A DNA stretch of 64,000 bases from a virus (taxonomy: Duplodnaviria; Caudoviricetes): positions 1-64,000 of the IMG/VR virus record IMGVR_UViG_3300032017_000001. One strand, 5' to 3'. The translations under genes and the position numbers were made by a program. The notes under the pieces are model-generated. The model was not told where the DNA came from. It did not search any database and saw only the letters and a list, made by a program, of their open reading frames with translations. Below, one piece after another: positions 47,984 through 56,608 of this stretch (the stretch's first letter is position 1; every line of letters starts with the position of its first letter).

Positions 47984-49740
47984 TGTCCAGCACGTCGAAG
48001 AAGCAGAAGGCCCGCACGGCCACGCACCGGCCGGCCGTCCGGCGTCGCCGCTTCCGCCACGACGACCTGGTCGCGGTCGACCTGTTCTCCGGCTTCGGCG
48101 GTCTGACCCGCGGGATCGAGATGGCCGGATTCACCACGATCATGGCGGCGAACCACAACAGCTACAAGGTCGAGGTCCACGAGGCGAACCACCCGGACGC
48201 CGAGCACTGGATCGCCGACCTGGTCGACCCCGATAAGGCGGACTACCACTCTGCTCGGGACCTCCCCGCAGCCGACATTCTGGCCGCAGGAATTTCGTGC
48301 GTTAATCACTCGCAGGCCAACACGATCAAGGCCTACGAGCAGGGCGCGACGCTGTTCGACCTGGACGACCCCGACTACGAGGCGCGGGTGACCAGGTCGG
48401 AGCGGGACCGGGCGACCGCGAACTGTGTGCTGGCCTACGCCGCCCAGCACCACCCGCGGCTGATCCTCATCGAGTGCACGACCGAGCTCACCTCGTGGGG
48501 GCCGGCCCTTCCGAACCGTCCGAAGATCGGAGACGGCAGCACCTACCGGTGGTGGCTGAAGCAGTTCGACCTGCTCAACTACCGGCACAAGGTGCTGTAC
48601 CTGAACAGTCAGTTCTTCGGCGTCCCGCAGTCCCGCGACCGGCTGTTCATCGCGTTCTGGGACAAGGCTCTGCCCGCCCCGGACCTGGAGCACCGTCCGG
48701 TGTCGCGCTGCCACCCTTGCGACAGGGACGTCGAGGCCGTGTGGTCGTGGAAGACGGGCATCCCGGCGTCCGGGTCGGTGCGTTACGGAAAGCAGTACGA
48801 GTACAGGTGCCCTTCCTGCCGTCGGCCCGTGGTGCCGCCGATGACGCCGTCGCTGGCCGCGCTCGACCTGTCCGACCTCGGTATCCGGATCGGCGACAAG
48901 CCGGTCAAGACGTTCAAGGACGGGTTCGTCGGCCCGCTCGCCCGGTCGACGATGGCGCGTGCCGAGCGGTGCCGTCAGAAGTTCGCGGACTTCCCTGCCG
49001 TGCTCATGCCGGCGAAGGCCGTGCACGGCACCGAGAAGCATCCGTGGCAGCCGCTGGCGACGCAGACGAGCCAGCAGGAGACGTCGATCCTCTCGACCGG
49101 CGCGATCATGGCAGCGGCGGGAAACACGTTCGAACGGCCGGGGTCCACCTGCCGGTCCCGCGGTCTCGATCAGCCGCTGTGGGCGCAGACCGCTACGAAC
49201 GCCACGGGGCTGTTCACGCCGCCGATGGCGCTGGCCGTGGACAACTACCAGGGCGGCCCGCGCGGCGCGAACGAGCCGCTGCCCACTCAGGTCGGTTCGG
49301 AGACACTCGCCGTCGTCTCGTCGGGTGTGGTCCCGTTCCGCAAGAACACGTTGCCGACCGTGCACGGCGAGGCGATGCCCACGTTCACGTCGGACCAGAT
49401 CCCCGGTCTGCTCACGGCGGCCAGCACCATGGACGCCGTCGCGTTCGAGACGCAGCTCATGGCGCAGTGGCGGGCCGCGCTCAAGAGCCTGCCGTTGGAG
49501 GACTGCTACTTCCGCATGATGCGGGAGTACGAGATCGGCCGCGGCTGCGGCTTCGATGTCGACTTCGGCGACCACAAGGGCTCGTTCATCGTCTGGGGTT
49601 CCGCCCGGGACCAGACCGACGGCTTCGGTAACGCCGTCTCGCCGCAGGTTGGTGCCTGGATCGGGGCCCGGTTGCGGGCCATCGTCCACAGCCCTCAGGA
49701 CCGCGGCACGACGTCGGCTGCCCTTGAGGCCGCCGCCTGA
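47983..49740 (+). CDS. C5-cytosine DNA methyltransferase
   Basis: Motif I DLFSGFGG, motif IV variant GISC, GVPQSRDR, motif X GNAV. Confidence 0.85.
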   Translation: MSSTSKKQKARTATHRPAVRRRRFRHDDLVAVDLFSGFGGLTRGIEMAGFTTIMAANHNSYKVEVHEANHPDAEHWIADLVDPDKADYHSARDLPAADILAAGISCVNHSQANTIKAYEQGATLFDLDDPDYEARVTRSERDRATANCVLAYAAQHHPRLILIECTTELTSWGPALPNRPKIGDGSTYRWWLKQFDLLNYRHKVLYLNSQFFGVPQSRDRLFIAFWDKALPAPDLEHRPVSRCHPCDRDVEAVWSWKTGIPASGSVRYGKQYEYRCPSCRRPVVPPMTPSLAALDLSDLGIRIGDKPVKTFKDGFVGPLARSTMARAERCRQKFADFPAVLMPAKAVHGTEKHPWQPLATQTSQQETSILSTGAIMAAAGNTFERPGSTCRSRGLDQPLWAQTATNATGLFTPPMALAVDNYQGGPRGANEPLPTQVGSETLAVVSSGVVPFRKNTLPTVHGEAMPTFTSDQIPGLLTAASTMDAVAFETQLMAQWRAALKSLPLEDCYFRMMREYEIGRGCGFDVDFGDHKGSFIVWGSARDQTDGFGNAVSPQVGAWIGARLRAIVHSPQDRGTTSAALEAAA

Positions 49741-50015
49741 TGTCCCGCCGGAAGTGCGAGGGCGGTTGCGGCCGGTGGTTGTCGGATCCGGAGTCGATTG
49801 CCCGCGGCTACGGCAGGCAGTGCGCGGAGCGTCTCGGCATCCCGATTGCCTCACCCGCCCGCCGTCTGGCCACCGTCCGCCGACCGCCCGCGATCCGCAC
49901 CACTGATCCGCCGGTCGAGATCCACCCCGACCAGACCGCCCTCGAGCTTCAGCCCCTACAGCCCAGCCTCTGGTCCCTGTGGCCAGCCACCGAATCGAAG
50001 GAGGCCAGACCATGA
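49740..50015 (+). CDS. DUF6011-like protein
   Basis: CGRWLSDPESIARGYGRQC. Confidence 0.6.
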   Translation: MSRRKCEGGCGRWLSDPESIARGYGRQCAERLGIPIASPARRLATVRRPPAIRTTDPPVEIHPDQTALELQPLQPSLWSLWPATESKEARP

Positions 50016-50476
50016 ACGTGACTGAAGGGACGCTGCCTTGCCGGGGCAATGCGGCCCTCTACGACCTCGTGCTGTTCGAGGACGGTGCTTCGCCGGAACG
50101 CCAGCAGGCCGTTCACCGGGCTGTGGTCCTGTGCGCGTCCTGCCCTACCCCGTGCGAGCTGAAGGTCACCGCCGACAGTGGCCCCGCCGAACTGGTCCTG
50201 CTGGAGCCCGGCTGGATGCCGCCCGAGCGTGAAGGCCGGCCGGAGCCGCAGCCGCGCATGCCGGTCCGCCGGAAGCGCGACGCCGGATCGGACATCCAGG
50301 TCGGAGCCGACTACGTGCCCACGACTCGGCGCGTCGCTGTGTGGGCCGGGATGTGCGCGGACCGGGCCGCACTCGGGCACAGCGTCTCGGACATTGCCGC
50401 GGAGCTGTGCGTCAGCGAGGACACCATTACTCGCTTGATCGCTGTGGCGCAGAAGACGCGGGGGCGGGCGGCGTGA
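50012..50476 (+). CDS. WhiB-like protein with C-terminal HTH
   Basis: LPC...AVVLCASCPTPC; SVSDIAAELCVSEDTI. Confidence 0.45.
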   Translation: MNVTEGTLPCRGNAALYDLVLFEDGASPERQQAVHRAVVLCASCPTPCELKVTADSGPAELVLLEPGWMPPEREGRPEPQPRMPVRRKRDAGSDIQVGADYVPTTRRVAVWAGMCADRAALGHSVSDIAAELCVSEDTITRLIAVAQKTRGRAA

Positions 50477-50661
50477 CCCGTTCGTGGCTGCGCCACCCAC
50501 CACGCACGGTGCGCCCGCCGCTGGTCTGCCCGACCGGCCTGCCCCGGTACGCGTCGCGTGCCCTGGCGTGGCTCCCGGCCGGACTCCACACCCAGCAGAC
50601 ACCCCGCCAGTGCACCGCCTGTGACGGCGGCTGGCACCTCACCGAAGGAGACACCCGATGA
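50473..50661 (+). CDS. Small Zn-binding hypothetical protein
   Basis: C...CTACDGGWHL. Confidence 0.45.
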   Translation: MTRSWLRHPPRTVRPPLVCPTGLPRYASRALAWLPAGLHTQQTPRQCTACDGGWHLTEGDTR

Positions 50662-50951
50662 CCGACCAGACCACCACCTACCACATCGAATTCGGGAAGG
50701 TCGGCGAGACCTACCCGGTGCCGCCGATCACGCTCGATCACACCGACCCGAACCAGTTCGCCCGCGCGGTCGCCGAACATGCGATCCCGTACCTGCGCCC
50801 GGTGCTCACGGAGATGGGCCGCCCGGAGCTGGCCGACTGCTTCTTCCGCCGCGACCCGAAGGACCCGACCTACGGGGACTTCCTGTGGATTGATCTGGTC
50901 GGCGACAGGGGCGCGCAGTTCTGCCCGGCCCGGATCACGCCCGCCCCGTGA
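50658..50951 (+). CDS. Hypothetical protein
   Basis: RBS AAGGAG. Confidence 0.6.
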   Translation: MTDQTTTYHIEFGKVGETYPVPPITLDHTDPNQFARAVAEHAIPYLRPVLTEMGRPELADCFFRRDPKDPTYGDFLWIDLVGDRGAQFCPARITPAP

Positions 50952-51031
50952 CCCGCCTGCCGGCCCGCGGCGGCGGCTATCCGCCGCGGGCCTCCCGTCA
51001 GACAACCACCCCAGGAGTCTCAATGACGAAG

Positions 51032-52234
51032 TCAAGCCGCTTGCGTGATCGGCGGGGCGGAGGTGAAGACCCGTCCGTCACGCAGCAGGGCCCACAGCAC
51101 GCTCGCCCGTCGCCGGGCCAGGGCGATGACGGCTTGGACGTGCTTGCAGCCCTCACCGCGCTTTTTAAGGTAGAAGTCCCGGTTCGGGCCCTCGCGCATC
51201 ATGCTGGTCTGCGCGGACATGTAGAACACTCGTCGCAGGCGGCGGCTGTAGCGCTTGGGCCTGTGCAGGTTGCCGGTACGGCGTCCGGAGTCGCGCGGGA
51301 CCGGCACGAGCCCGGCCGCAGAGGCGAGGCGGCCGGCGTCCGCGTAGGCCGACAGGTCGCCGGCGGCAACGACGAACTCCGCCCCGAGGATCGGACCCAT
51401 GCCGGGCAGGGACTCGATGATCTCGGCCTGTGGGTGGGCGCGGAACGTGTCGCGGATCTGCTGGTCGATCCGCTTCAGTCGGTCGTCCAGCGCCAGGATC
51501 TGCGTTGCCAGATCAGCCACGATCTGCGCGGCGACGTCCTCACCGGGCAGCGCGGTCTGCTGGGCCTGTGCGGCCTCCAGCGCGGTCACGGCAACCGAAT
51601 CAGCGCCCCGGACGCTGCGGTTGGCGAGCCAGGCCGTCAGCCTCGCTCGTCCGCGGCGCCGGATCGCCGCCGGGGTCTGGTAGCCCGTCAGCAACACCAG
51701 CGCACCCTTGTGCGCCGAGTAGTCGAAAGCCCGCTCCAGTGCGGGGAAGACCCCGGTGAGCACGTCGCGAAGCCGATTGATCATCCTCACCCGGTCAGCC
51801 ACCAGATCGGAGCGGTGGGCGGTCAGCAGGGCCAGGTCGGCGGCCAGCTGGGCAGGCACGTCGATGGCGGCGAAGTCCCGGCGGTGGCGGGCGGTCTCGG
51901 CGATCACGTAGGCGTCGCGGGCGTCGGTCTTGGCCTCGCCCCGGTAGGCGCCGGACATCCGGTTGACCGTGCGGCCGGGCACGTAGACGGCCCGCTGGCC
52001 GTGGGCTGCGAGCAGGGCCAGCAGCAGCGCGGAAGCCGTGCCGGAAATGTCCACCGCCCAGGACACCTCGTCGGCCAGGTCCAGGATCTCGCCCATGGCG
52101 GTCAGGATCGCCGTCTCGTCGTTCTCGATCTTCTTCGACCACAAGGTCGCGCCGGTCTCATCGACCACCGCAGCCCAGTGGTGGCCTTTACCGGCATCGA
52201 CACCGGCCCATACCCGGGCCTGTCGCTCGCTCAC
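51032..52234 (-). CDS. IS110 transposase (DEDD recombinase)
   Basis: AGVDAGKGHH, AKTDARDA, SLPGMG, RDSG; GTG 52234 after GAGGAGGGG. Confidence 0.92.
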   Translation of the reverse strand: MSERQARVWAGVDAGKGHHWAAVVDETGATLWSKKIENDETAILTAMGEILDLADEVSWAVDISGTASALLLALLAAHGQRAVYVPGRTVNRMSGAYRGEAKTDARDAYVIAETARHRRDFAAIDVPAQLAADLALLTAHRSDLVADRVRMINRLRDVLTGVFPALERAFDYSAHKGALVLLTGYQTPAAIRRRGRARLTAWLANRSVRGADSVAVTALEAAQAQQTALPGEDVAAQIVADLATQILALDDRLKRIDQQIRDTFRAHPQAEIIESLPGMGPILGAEFVVAAGDLSAYADAGRLASAAGLVPVPRDSGRRTGNLHRPKRYSRRLRRVFYMSAQTSMMREGPNRDFYLKKRGEGCKHVQAVIALARRRASVLWALLRDGRVFTSAPPITQAA

Positions 52235-52249
52235 TCGCCCCTCCTCGTT

Positions 52250-52425
52250 CCGCACGGCTTGCCGTCGGCCCGAGGAACACCCCGCTGTCATCTCCGTAAT
52301 CAGCGACCGCACGAAGCGCGCACATCTCAATCAGCAGCCAGGGCGCCCCGGAGGGCCGGGCGGCCACTCCTCGGAAGCCACTGAAGGCAAGAAGCCATAA
52401 GCCACACCCGGCCCTCCCGGGCCGC
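52250..52425 (-). ncRNA. Putative bridge/seek RNA of the IS110
   Basis: 5' GGCCC-GGGA-GGGCC hairpin; segments matching the donor junction and the insertion target; ends approximate. Confidence 0.65.
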
Positions 52426-52446
52426 CTAACAACTTACGGAGCAGCC

Positions 52447-52803
52447 ATGACCACACCCGCCGACGAACTCGCCGCCGCAGTGGAGACGCTGCGGGCCCGC
52501 CTGACCGACCCCGAACTCACCCCAGGGCCGTGGCTGTCCCTCGACCACGGCGACCGGCTCCTCTACGACGGGCCCGGCGCCGAGGACCAACCGCCTGTGT
52601 ACGTCGTCGACGAGCCCATGAGTAACGGCGCCAATGCGGACTACATCGAGCTCATGCACCCGGGCGTCGGGGCCGCGCTCGCCGACTGGCTGGAGACCAC
52701 CGCCGAAGCGCTCGCCGCCACCACGCACCCCGGCTGGCAGGAGTGTGTCGCCTCCAACGCCCTGGCTGTGGCCCGCCAGATCAACGCCGCCGCCCGTCCC
52801 TGA
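52447..52803 (+). CDS. Hypothetical protein (paralog of 32151..32597)
   Basis: NADYIELMHPGVGAALA. Confidence 0.6.
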   Translation: MTTPADELAAAVETLRARLTDPELTPGPWLSLDHGDRLLYDGPGAEDQPPVYVVDEPMSNGANADYIELMHPGVGAALADWLETTAEALAATTHPGWQECVASNALAVARQINAAARP

Positions 52804-52853
52804 CCCGCCCGGCCGCCCCCGCACCGGGGCGGCCCCCACCACCCGGAGACCCG

Positions 52854-54182
52854 ATGACCCAGCTCACCGCCACCTTCACCGTCACGATCAAGACCAAGCC
52901 CGACGGCGACTACTACTTCGACCACGACGACCTCGTCAGGAACGCCGTCCCGTGGATCGAGGGCGGCCTCGACGACCGCGACGACATCGCCGAGGTCACG
53001 ATCACCGAGCAGCCCGCCGCTGTGTCTGCTGCCGTGGCCCCACCCACCAACCAGACCGCCGACGAGGTGGACGCCGACACGGTGGCGAACCGCGCCGCCC
53101 AGGTGATCACCACCATGGGCGCCGAGATCCGCGAGCTGACGCACAGCCGAGACCGCTACCGGTTGGCGTGGCACAACGCCCGTCGCCGAGCAGGGGTGCT
53201 CTCCGCCGAGGTCACCCGACGGGCGCCGCTCCTCGGCAAGTACGCCGCCGAGATCGAGCGGCTGCGCGCCGAGTTGGAGAGCGAGCGTGACGTCTCTCGC
53301 CGACTGCTTGCCCAGCGTCAGGAGATGGCCGAGGAGCGCTACGCCTGGCAGCAGCGGGGTGACCGCGCCGAGGCCGAGCTGCGCCGCATGGCCGACGAGA
53401 CGGCAACCGAGACGACCCAGCCCGCGCGCTGCGTCTGTGGGCACCCCATCGGCCTCCACCACGAAGACGTCTGCCTCCGCACCGACTGTGGATGCGCTGA
53501 CGCGCTGGAGATTAACGCCGTGCCCGAGGCCCTCGAAGCGGTACTGACGGAGCGCTACACCGAACTCGGCAACTCCTTCTCCCGGATGCGGCGCCAGGAG
53601 CAGGGCCCGGACGGGTGGCCCGCAGAGCGCCCCGTCGGCCCGCACCACGTCGCCGAGACGCTGCGGGAGCTGCTGCGGCGGGCGGCCACCGACGGACCCG
53701 GACTCCGCCTGCCCGACCACACCGTCAACGAGGAAGAGACCCCGCCCCCTGCCCCCCGCGACCGCCACCGCGCCGCATGGAACGCACTCACCCCCCAGCA
53801 GCAGGCCGCCTACCTCGCCCAACTCGACAGCGCCGGTGCGCGGCAGGACCAGACCACAACCGACGAGCCGGAGCGCTGCGCCCACTGCACCCACCCCAAG
53901 CGCGACCACGACGGCCGCGCCGACCACCGAGCCAAGCACTCCCCGCTGGTGGCCGGAGACCCCTGGTGCCACGCCTGCGACGGCCCGTGCGACTACGCCG
54001 CCGGGGCGCGGCAGGACCAGACGGCAACCGACCAGCCCGCGCCCGGGAGCACCGAGACCCGCCCCTGCCGGACGTCCGTCTCCGGCGGCACGGTGTGGTG
54101 CTGCGAAGAAGGCGAGACCGACTGCCCGTGCGTCTGCCACCAGCCCGCCGCCGGGGCGCGGCAGGACGGGGCCACCCAGTGA
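52854..54182 (+). CDS. Mosaic hypothetical protein with Cys/His modules
   Basis: Coiled coil plus CVCGH, CAHC and CPCVCH modules joined by GARQD repeats. Confidence 0.6.
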   Translation: MTQLTATFTVTIKTKPDGDYYFDHDDLVRNAVPWIEGGLDDRDDIAEVTITEQPAAVSAAVAPPTNQTADEVDADTVANRAAQVITTMGAEIRELTHSRDRYRLAWHNARRRAGVLSAEVTRRAPLLGKYAAEIERLRAELESERDVSRRLLAQRQEMAEERYAWQQRGDRAEAELRRMADETATETTQPARCVCGHPIGLHHEDVCLRTDCGCADALEINAVPEALEAVLTERYTELGNSFSRMRRQEQGPDGWPAERPVGPHHVAETLRELLRRAATDGPGLRLPDHTVNEEETPPPAPRDRHRAAWNALTPQQQAAYLAQLDSAGARQDQTTTDEPERCAHCTHPKRDHDGRADHRAKHSPLVAGDPWCHACDGPCDYAAGARQDQTATDQPAPGSTETRPCRTSVSGGTVWCCEEGETDCPCVCHQPAAGARQDGATQ

Positions 54183-54451
54183 CCACCGCCGAACTCCTCG
54201 CCGACGCCTTCGCCACCCTCCGCATCCTCGGCTGGGCCTTCGCCGGCTGGATCGCCGTCTTCGCCGCGATAGGCACGATCGTCGTTCTCGCTGTCGCGGC
54301 GACCGGCACGTGGGCTGTGAAAGCCGTGTGGCGGCGCACAGCGGGCCCATCCTGGCGTCGAAGCGCCGTCCGTGCCCGAATCCTTGCCCGACGGCGCGTC
54401 AGGCCGTCAGGCGCCCGCTCAGGCGATTCCGATTGGGAGGAAGCCGCATGA
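54179..54451 (+). CDS. Membrane protein
   Basis: Long hydrophobic stretch, basic tail. Confidence 0.5.
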   Translation: MTTAELLADAFATLRILGWAFAGWIAVFAAIGTIVVLAVAATGTWAVKAVWRRTAGPSWRRSAVRARILARRRVRPSGARSGDSDWEEAA

Positions 54452-54924
54452 CCGTCATCCTCCTCGCCGGCGCCCGCCACCTCACCGAACCCGGCATCGT
54501 CCCCGGCACCCTCGCCGACATCGCCTTCAACATCGCCGAAGGACCCATCGTCATCCGCCATGGCGCCTGCCCCGGCGAGCGCTCCGCCGACCAAGCCGCC
54601 TCCGACTGGATCAACGACATCGGCCACCGGCACGGCATCACCGAAGACCCCATGCCCGCCGACTGGGACAACTGCGCACCCGACTGCCCGATCGACCCCG
54701 CTCATCGGCGCCGCAAAAGGCCTGGTGATGTGGCACACCCGGGGCTACTACCCGACTACTGCCCGACGGCCGGGCCGCGCCGCAACACGGCCATGGTCGC
54801 CAAGCTGCCGCGCCCCGACTGGATGCTCGCCTTCCCGCAGCCGGGCCATCCCAACTACGGCACCAACAACTGCATCCGCCTCGCCGAACAGGCCGGCATC
54901 CAAGTCCACCAGGTGACCTCCTGA
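54448..54924 (+). CDS. SLOG-superfamily (YspA/DUF2493-like) protein
   Basis: IRHGACPG..SAD, ADW, AGPRRNTAM, AFP...GT..C..LA..AGI. Confidence 0.7.
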   Translation: MTVILLAGARHLTEPGIVPGTLADIAFNIAEGPIVIRHGACPGERSADQAASDWINDIGHRHGITEDPMPADWDNCAPDCPIDPAHRRRKRPGDVAHPGLLPDYCPTAGPRRNTAMVAKLPRPDWMLAFPQPGHPNYGTNNCIRLAEQAGIQVHQVTS

Positions 54925-55040
54925 TGGGCCGCGCCCTCGGCATCGCCGTCGTGCTCGCCCCGTTCATCTCCGCGCTCCTCCTCGCCATCCACCGAGGAGG
55001 GCGCGCCCTCACCAACCGCTACCGGAGGAACCGCCCATGA
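54924..55040 (+). CDS. Small membrane peptide
   Basis: Coupled on both sides, hydrophobic. Confidence 0.4.
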   Translation: MGRALGIAVVLAPFISALLLAIHRGGRALTNRYRRNRP

Positions 55041-56245
55041 CCCAGCTCGACACCCTCATCCCGCCCGCAGACCTGGATGCCGCGATCGCAGCCGGCCACA
55101 TCACCCGCCGTCAGCACCCCACCCTGCCGCTATCGATCTACACCTACACGAGGACGGCGCAGTACTCCCGCGCTTGGACGTCGGCCACCATCCACTGCCG
55201 CGGCCTCATCGCCGACGACAAGACCGGCGAGATCATCGCCTGGCCGTTCGCCAAATTCTTCAACGTCGGAGAGCACGACCACGGCTTCGACTACGCGCCC
55301 CCGCTGCCGGCCGACGAGCCGTTCGAGGTGTACGACAAGGTCGACGGCAGCCTCGGCATCGTCTTCCACTACGCCGGCAGGTGGTGCGCCGCCTCCAAGG
55401 GCTCGTTCGTCAGTGAGCAGGCCCGGTGGGCGCAGCAGTGGATCGACGAAGGCGACACTGCCCTGCTGACGCCCGGCGTCACCTACCTCGCCGAGATCGT
55501 GTACCCGGAGAACCGCATCGTCGTCGACTACGGCGGGCGCCGCGACCTCGTCCTGCTGGCCGCCTACGACGCTGACGGGCGCGAAATTCGTCTGCCCTAC
55601 GCGGCAGAGGACTGGCAGGGCCTCGGCTCGATCGTCCGCACCTGGCCCGCCATTCCGCTGCCCGACCTGCTGAAGCTCACGGAGGCGAACACTCGCCCCG
55701 ACGGCAGGCCGACGACCGGCATGCACGCCGAGGGGTACGTCATCCGCTACGCCTCCGGTGTGCGCGCGAAGGCGAAGCTGGCCGAGTACGTCCGCCTCCA
55801 CAAGATCCTCACCGGGATCAGTGAGCGGGACATCTGGCGGATGCTCGGCATGCAGCGTTATGCCGACCAGCCGCCGAAGCTCTTGGCCAAGGCCCTCGGC
55901 TGCAGCCTCGCCGAGGTGACCGCCCTGTCCACAGCCGGCCGCGGCCCGCTGGACGCGCTGCTGGAGACCGTGCCCGACGAGTTCGACACCTGGGTCCGGT
56001 CCGTGGCTACGCGACTCGAGGAGCAGGCGGCCGTGCTCGACGAGCGGGTGGCCAGCGGGTACGCGACGATCGCCCACCTTGCCGGAGACCGCGGTCAGTT
56101 CGCCCGCGCCGCCCAGCAGATCGACGACCCGGCCGTGCGCGCCTGCATGTTCCTCATGCTCGACGGCCGGCCCACCGGCCTCCACCTGTGGCGCGCCATC
56201 AAGCCCGAAGCCGCTGTCCCGTTCATCGCCGACGACGAAACCTGA
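55037..56245 (+). CDS. RNA ligase (T4 Rnl1-like)
   Basis: CRGLI, KFFNVGE, motif I KVDGSLG, LAEIV, EGYVI, KAK. Confidence 0.88.
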   Translation: MTQLDTLIPPADLDAAIAAGHITRRQHPTLPLSIYTYTRTAQYSRAWTSATIHCRGLIADDKTGEIIAWPFAKFFNVGEHDHGFDYAPPLPADEPFEVYDKVDGSLGIVFHYAGRWCAASKGSFVSEQARWAQQWIDEGDTALLTPGVTYLAEIVYPENRIVVDYGGRRDLVLLAAYDADGREIRLPYAAEDWQGLGSIVRTWPAIPLPDLLKLTEANTRPDGRPTTGMHAEGYVIRYASGVRAKAKLAEYVRLHKILTGISERDIWRMLGMQRYADQPPKLLAKALGCSLAEVTALSTAGRGPLDALLETVPDEFDTWVRSVATRLEEQAAVLDERVASGYATIAHLAGDRGQFARAAQQIDDPAVRACMFLMLDGRPTGLHLWRAIKPEAAVPFIADDET

Positions 56246-56301
56246 TCATCCACCCCGCCACCCCACGTCTGGGGCGGCGGCCCTCTCGGAAAGGCCCGCA
56301 C

Positions 56302-56523
56302 ATGACCCCCGATCAGGAACTCCACGCCGCAGCCAAGCGCCTGGAGGCCATGGACGACGCGAACTGGCGTGGCACCCCGCTTCACGTGCTGTTCCCCGGC
56401 ATCATCCGACTCCTCACCGAGTACGGCGACGACTGGGACCAGTGCCCCGAAGACCACCCCGGGCACAGCCTCGACGAGGCCGCCCTCGACCTCGCCCGCG
56501 CGATCAACGGGGAGGCGTCGTGA
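56302..56523 (+). CDS. Hypothetical protein
   Basis: RBS GAAAGG. Confidence 0.5.
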   Translation: MTPDQELHAAAKRLEAMDDANWRGTPLHVLFPGIIRLLTEYGDDWDQCPEDHPGHSLDEAALDLARAINGEAS

Positions 56524-56608
56524 ACCGTCGCGTACCGCTCCGCTGGCAGCCCGATGACGGCAGTGCCGCGATCCTCACCGCCTACGCCCGCCGCGACGGA
56601 GGCCGGCC

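Larger units (their letters stand above)
51018..52437 (-). mobile_element. IS110-family insertion sequence
   Basis: Flanked by GGAG at 51014-51017 and 52438-52441; removing it restores a phage leader CCCCAGGAGCAGCCATG; no terminal inverted repeats. Confidence 0.85.

Noticed and set aside
46785-49740. Type II restriction-modification pair
   Set aside because: The nuclease-like gene is separated from the MTase and sits in the replication operon; cannot be supported from sequence alone
47935-50049. 704-aa minus-strand ORF
   Set aside because: Shadow of the C5 methyltransferase
52367-52374. CCGAGGAG as a definite fourth IS110 guide
   Set aside because: Only 5 contiguous bases match the target, and it can instead pair with TTCCTCGG (52270-52277) as a closing stem; left unresolved
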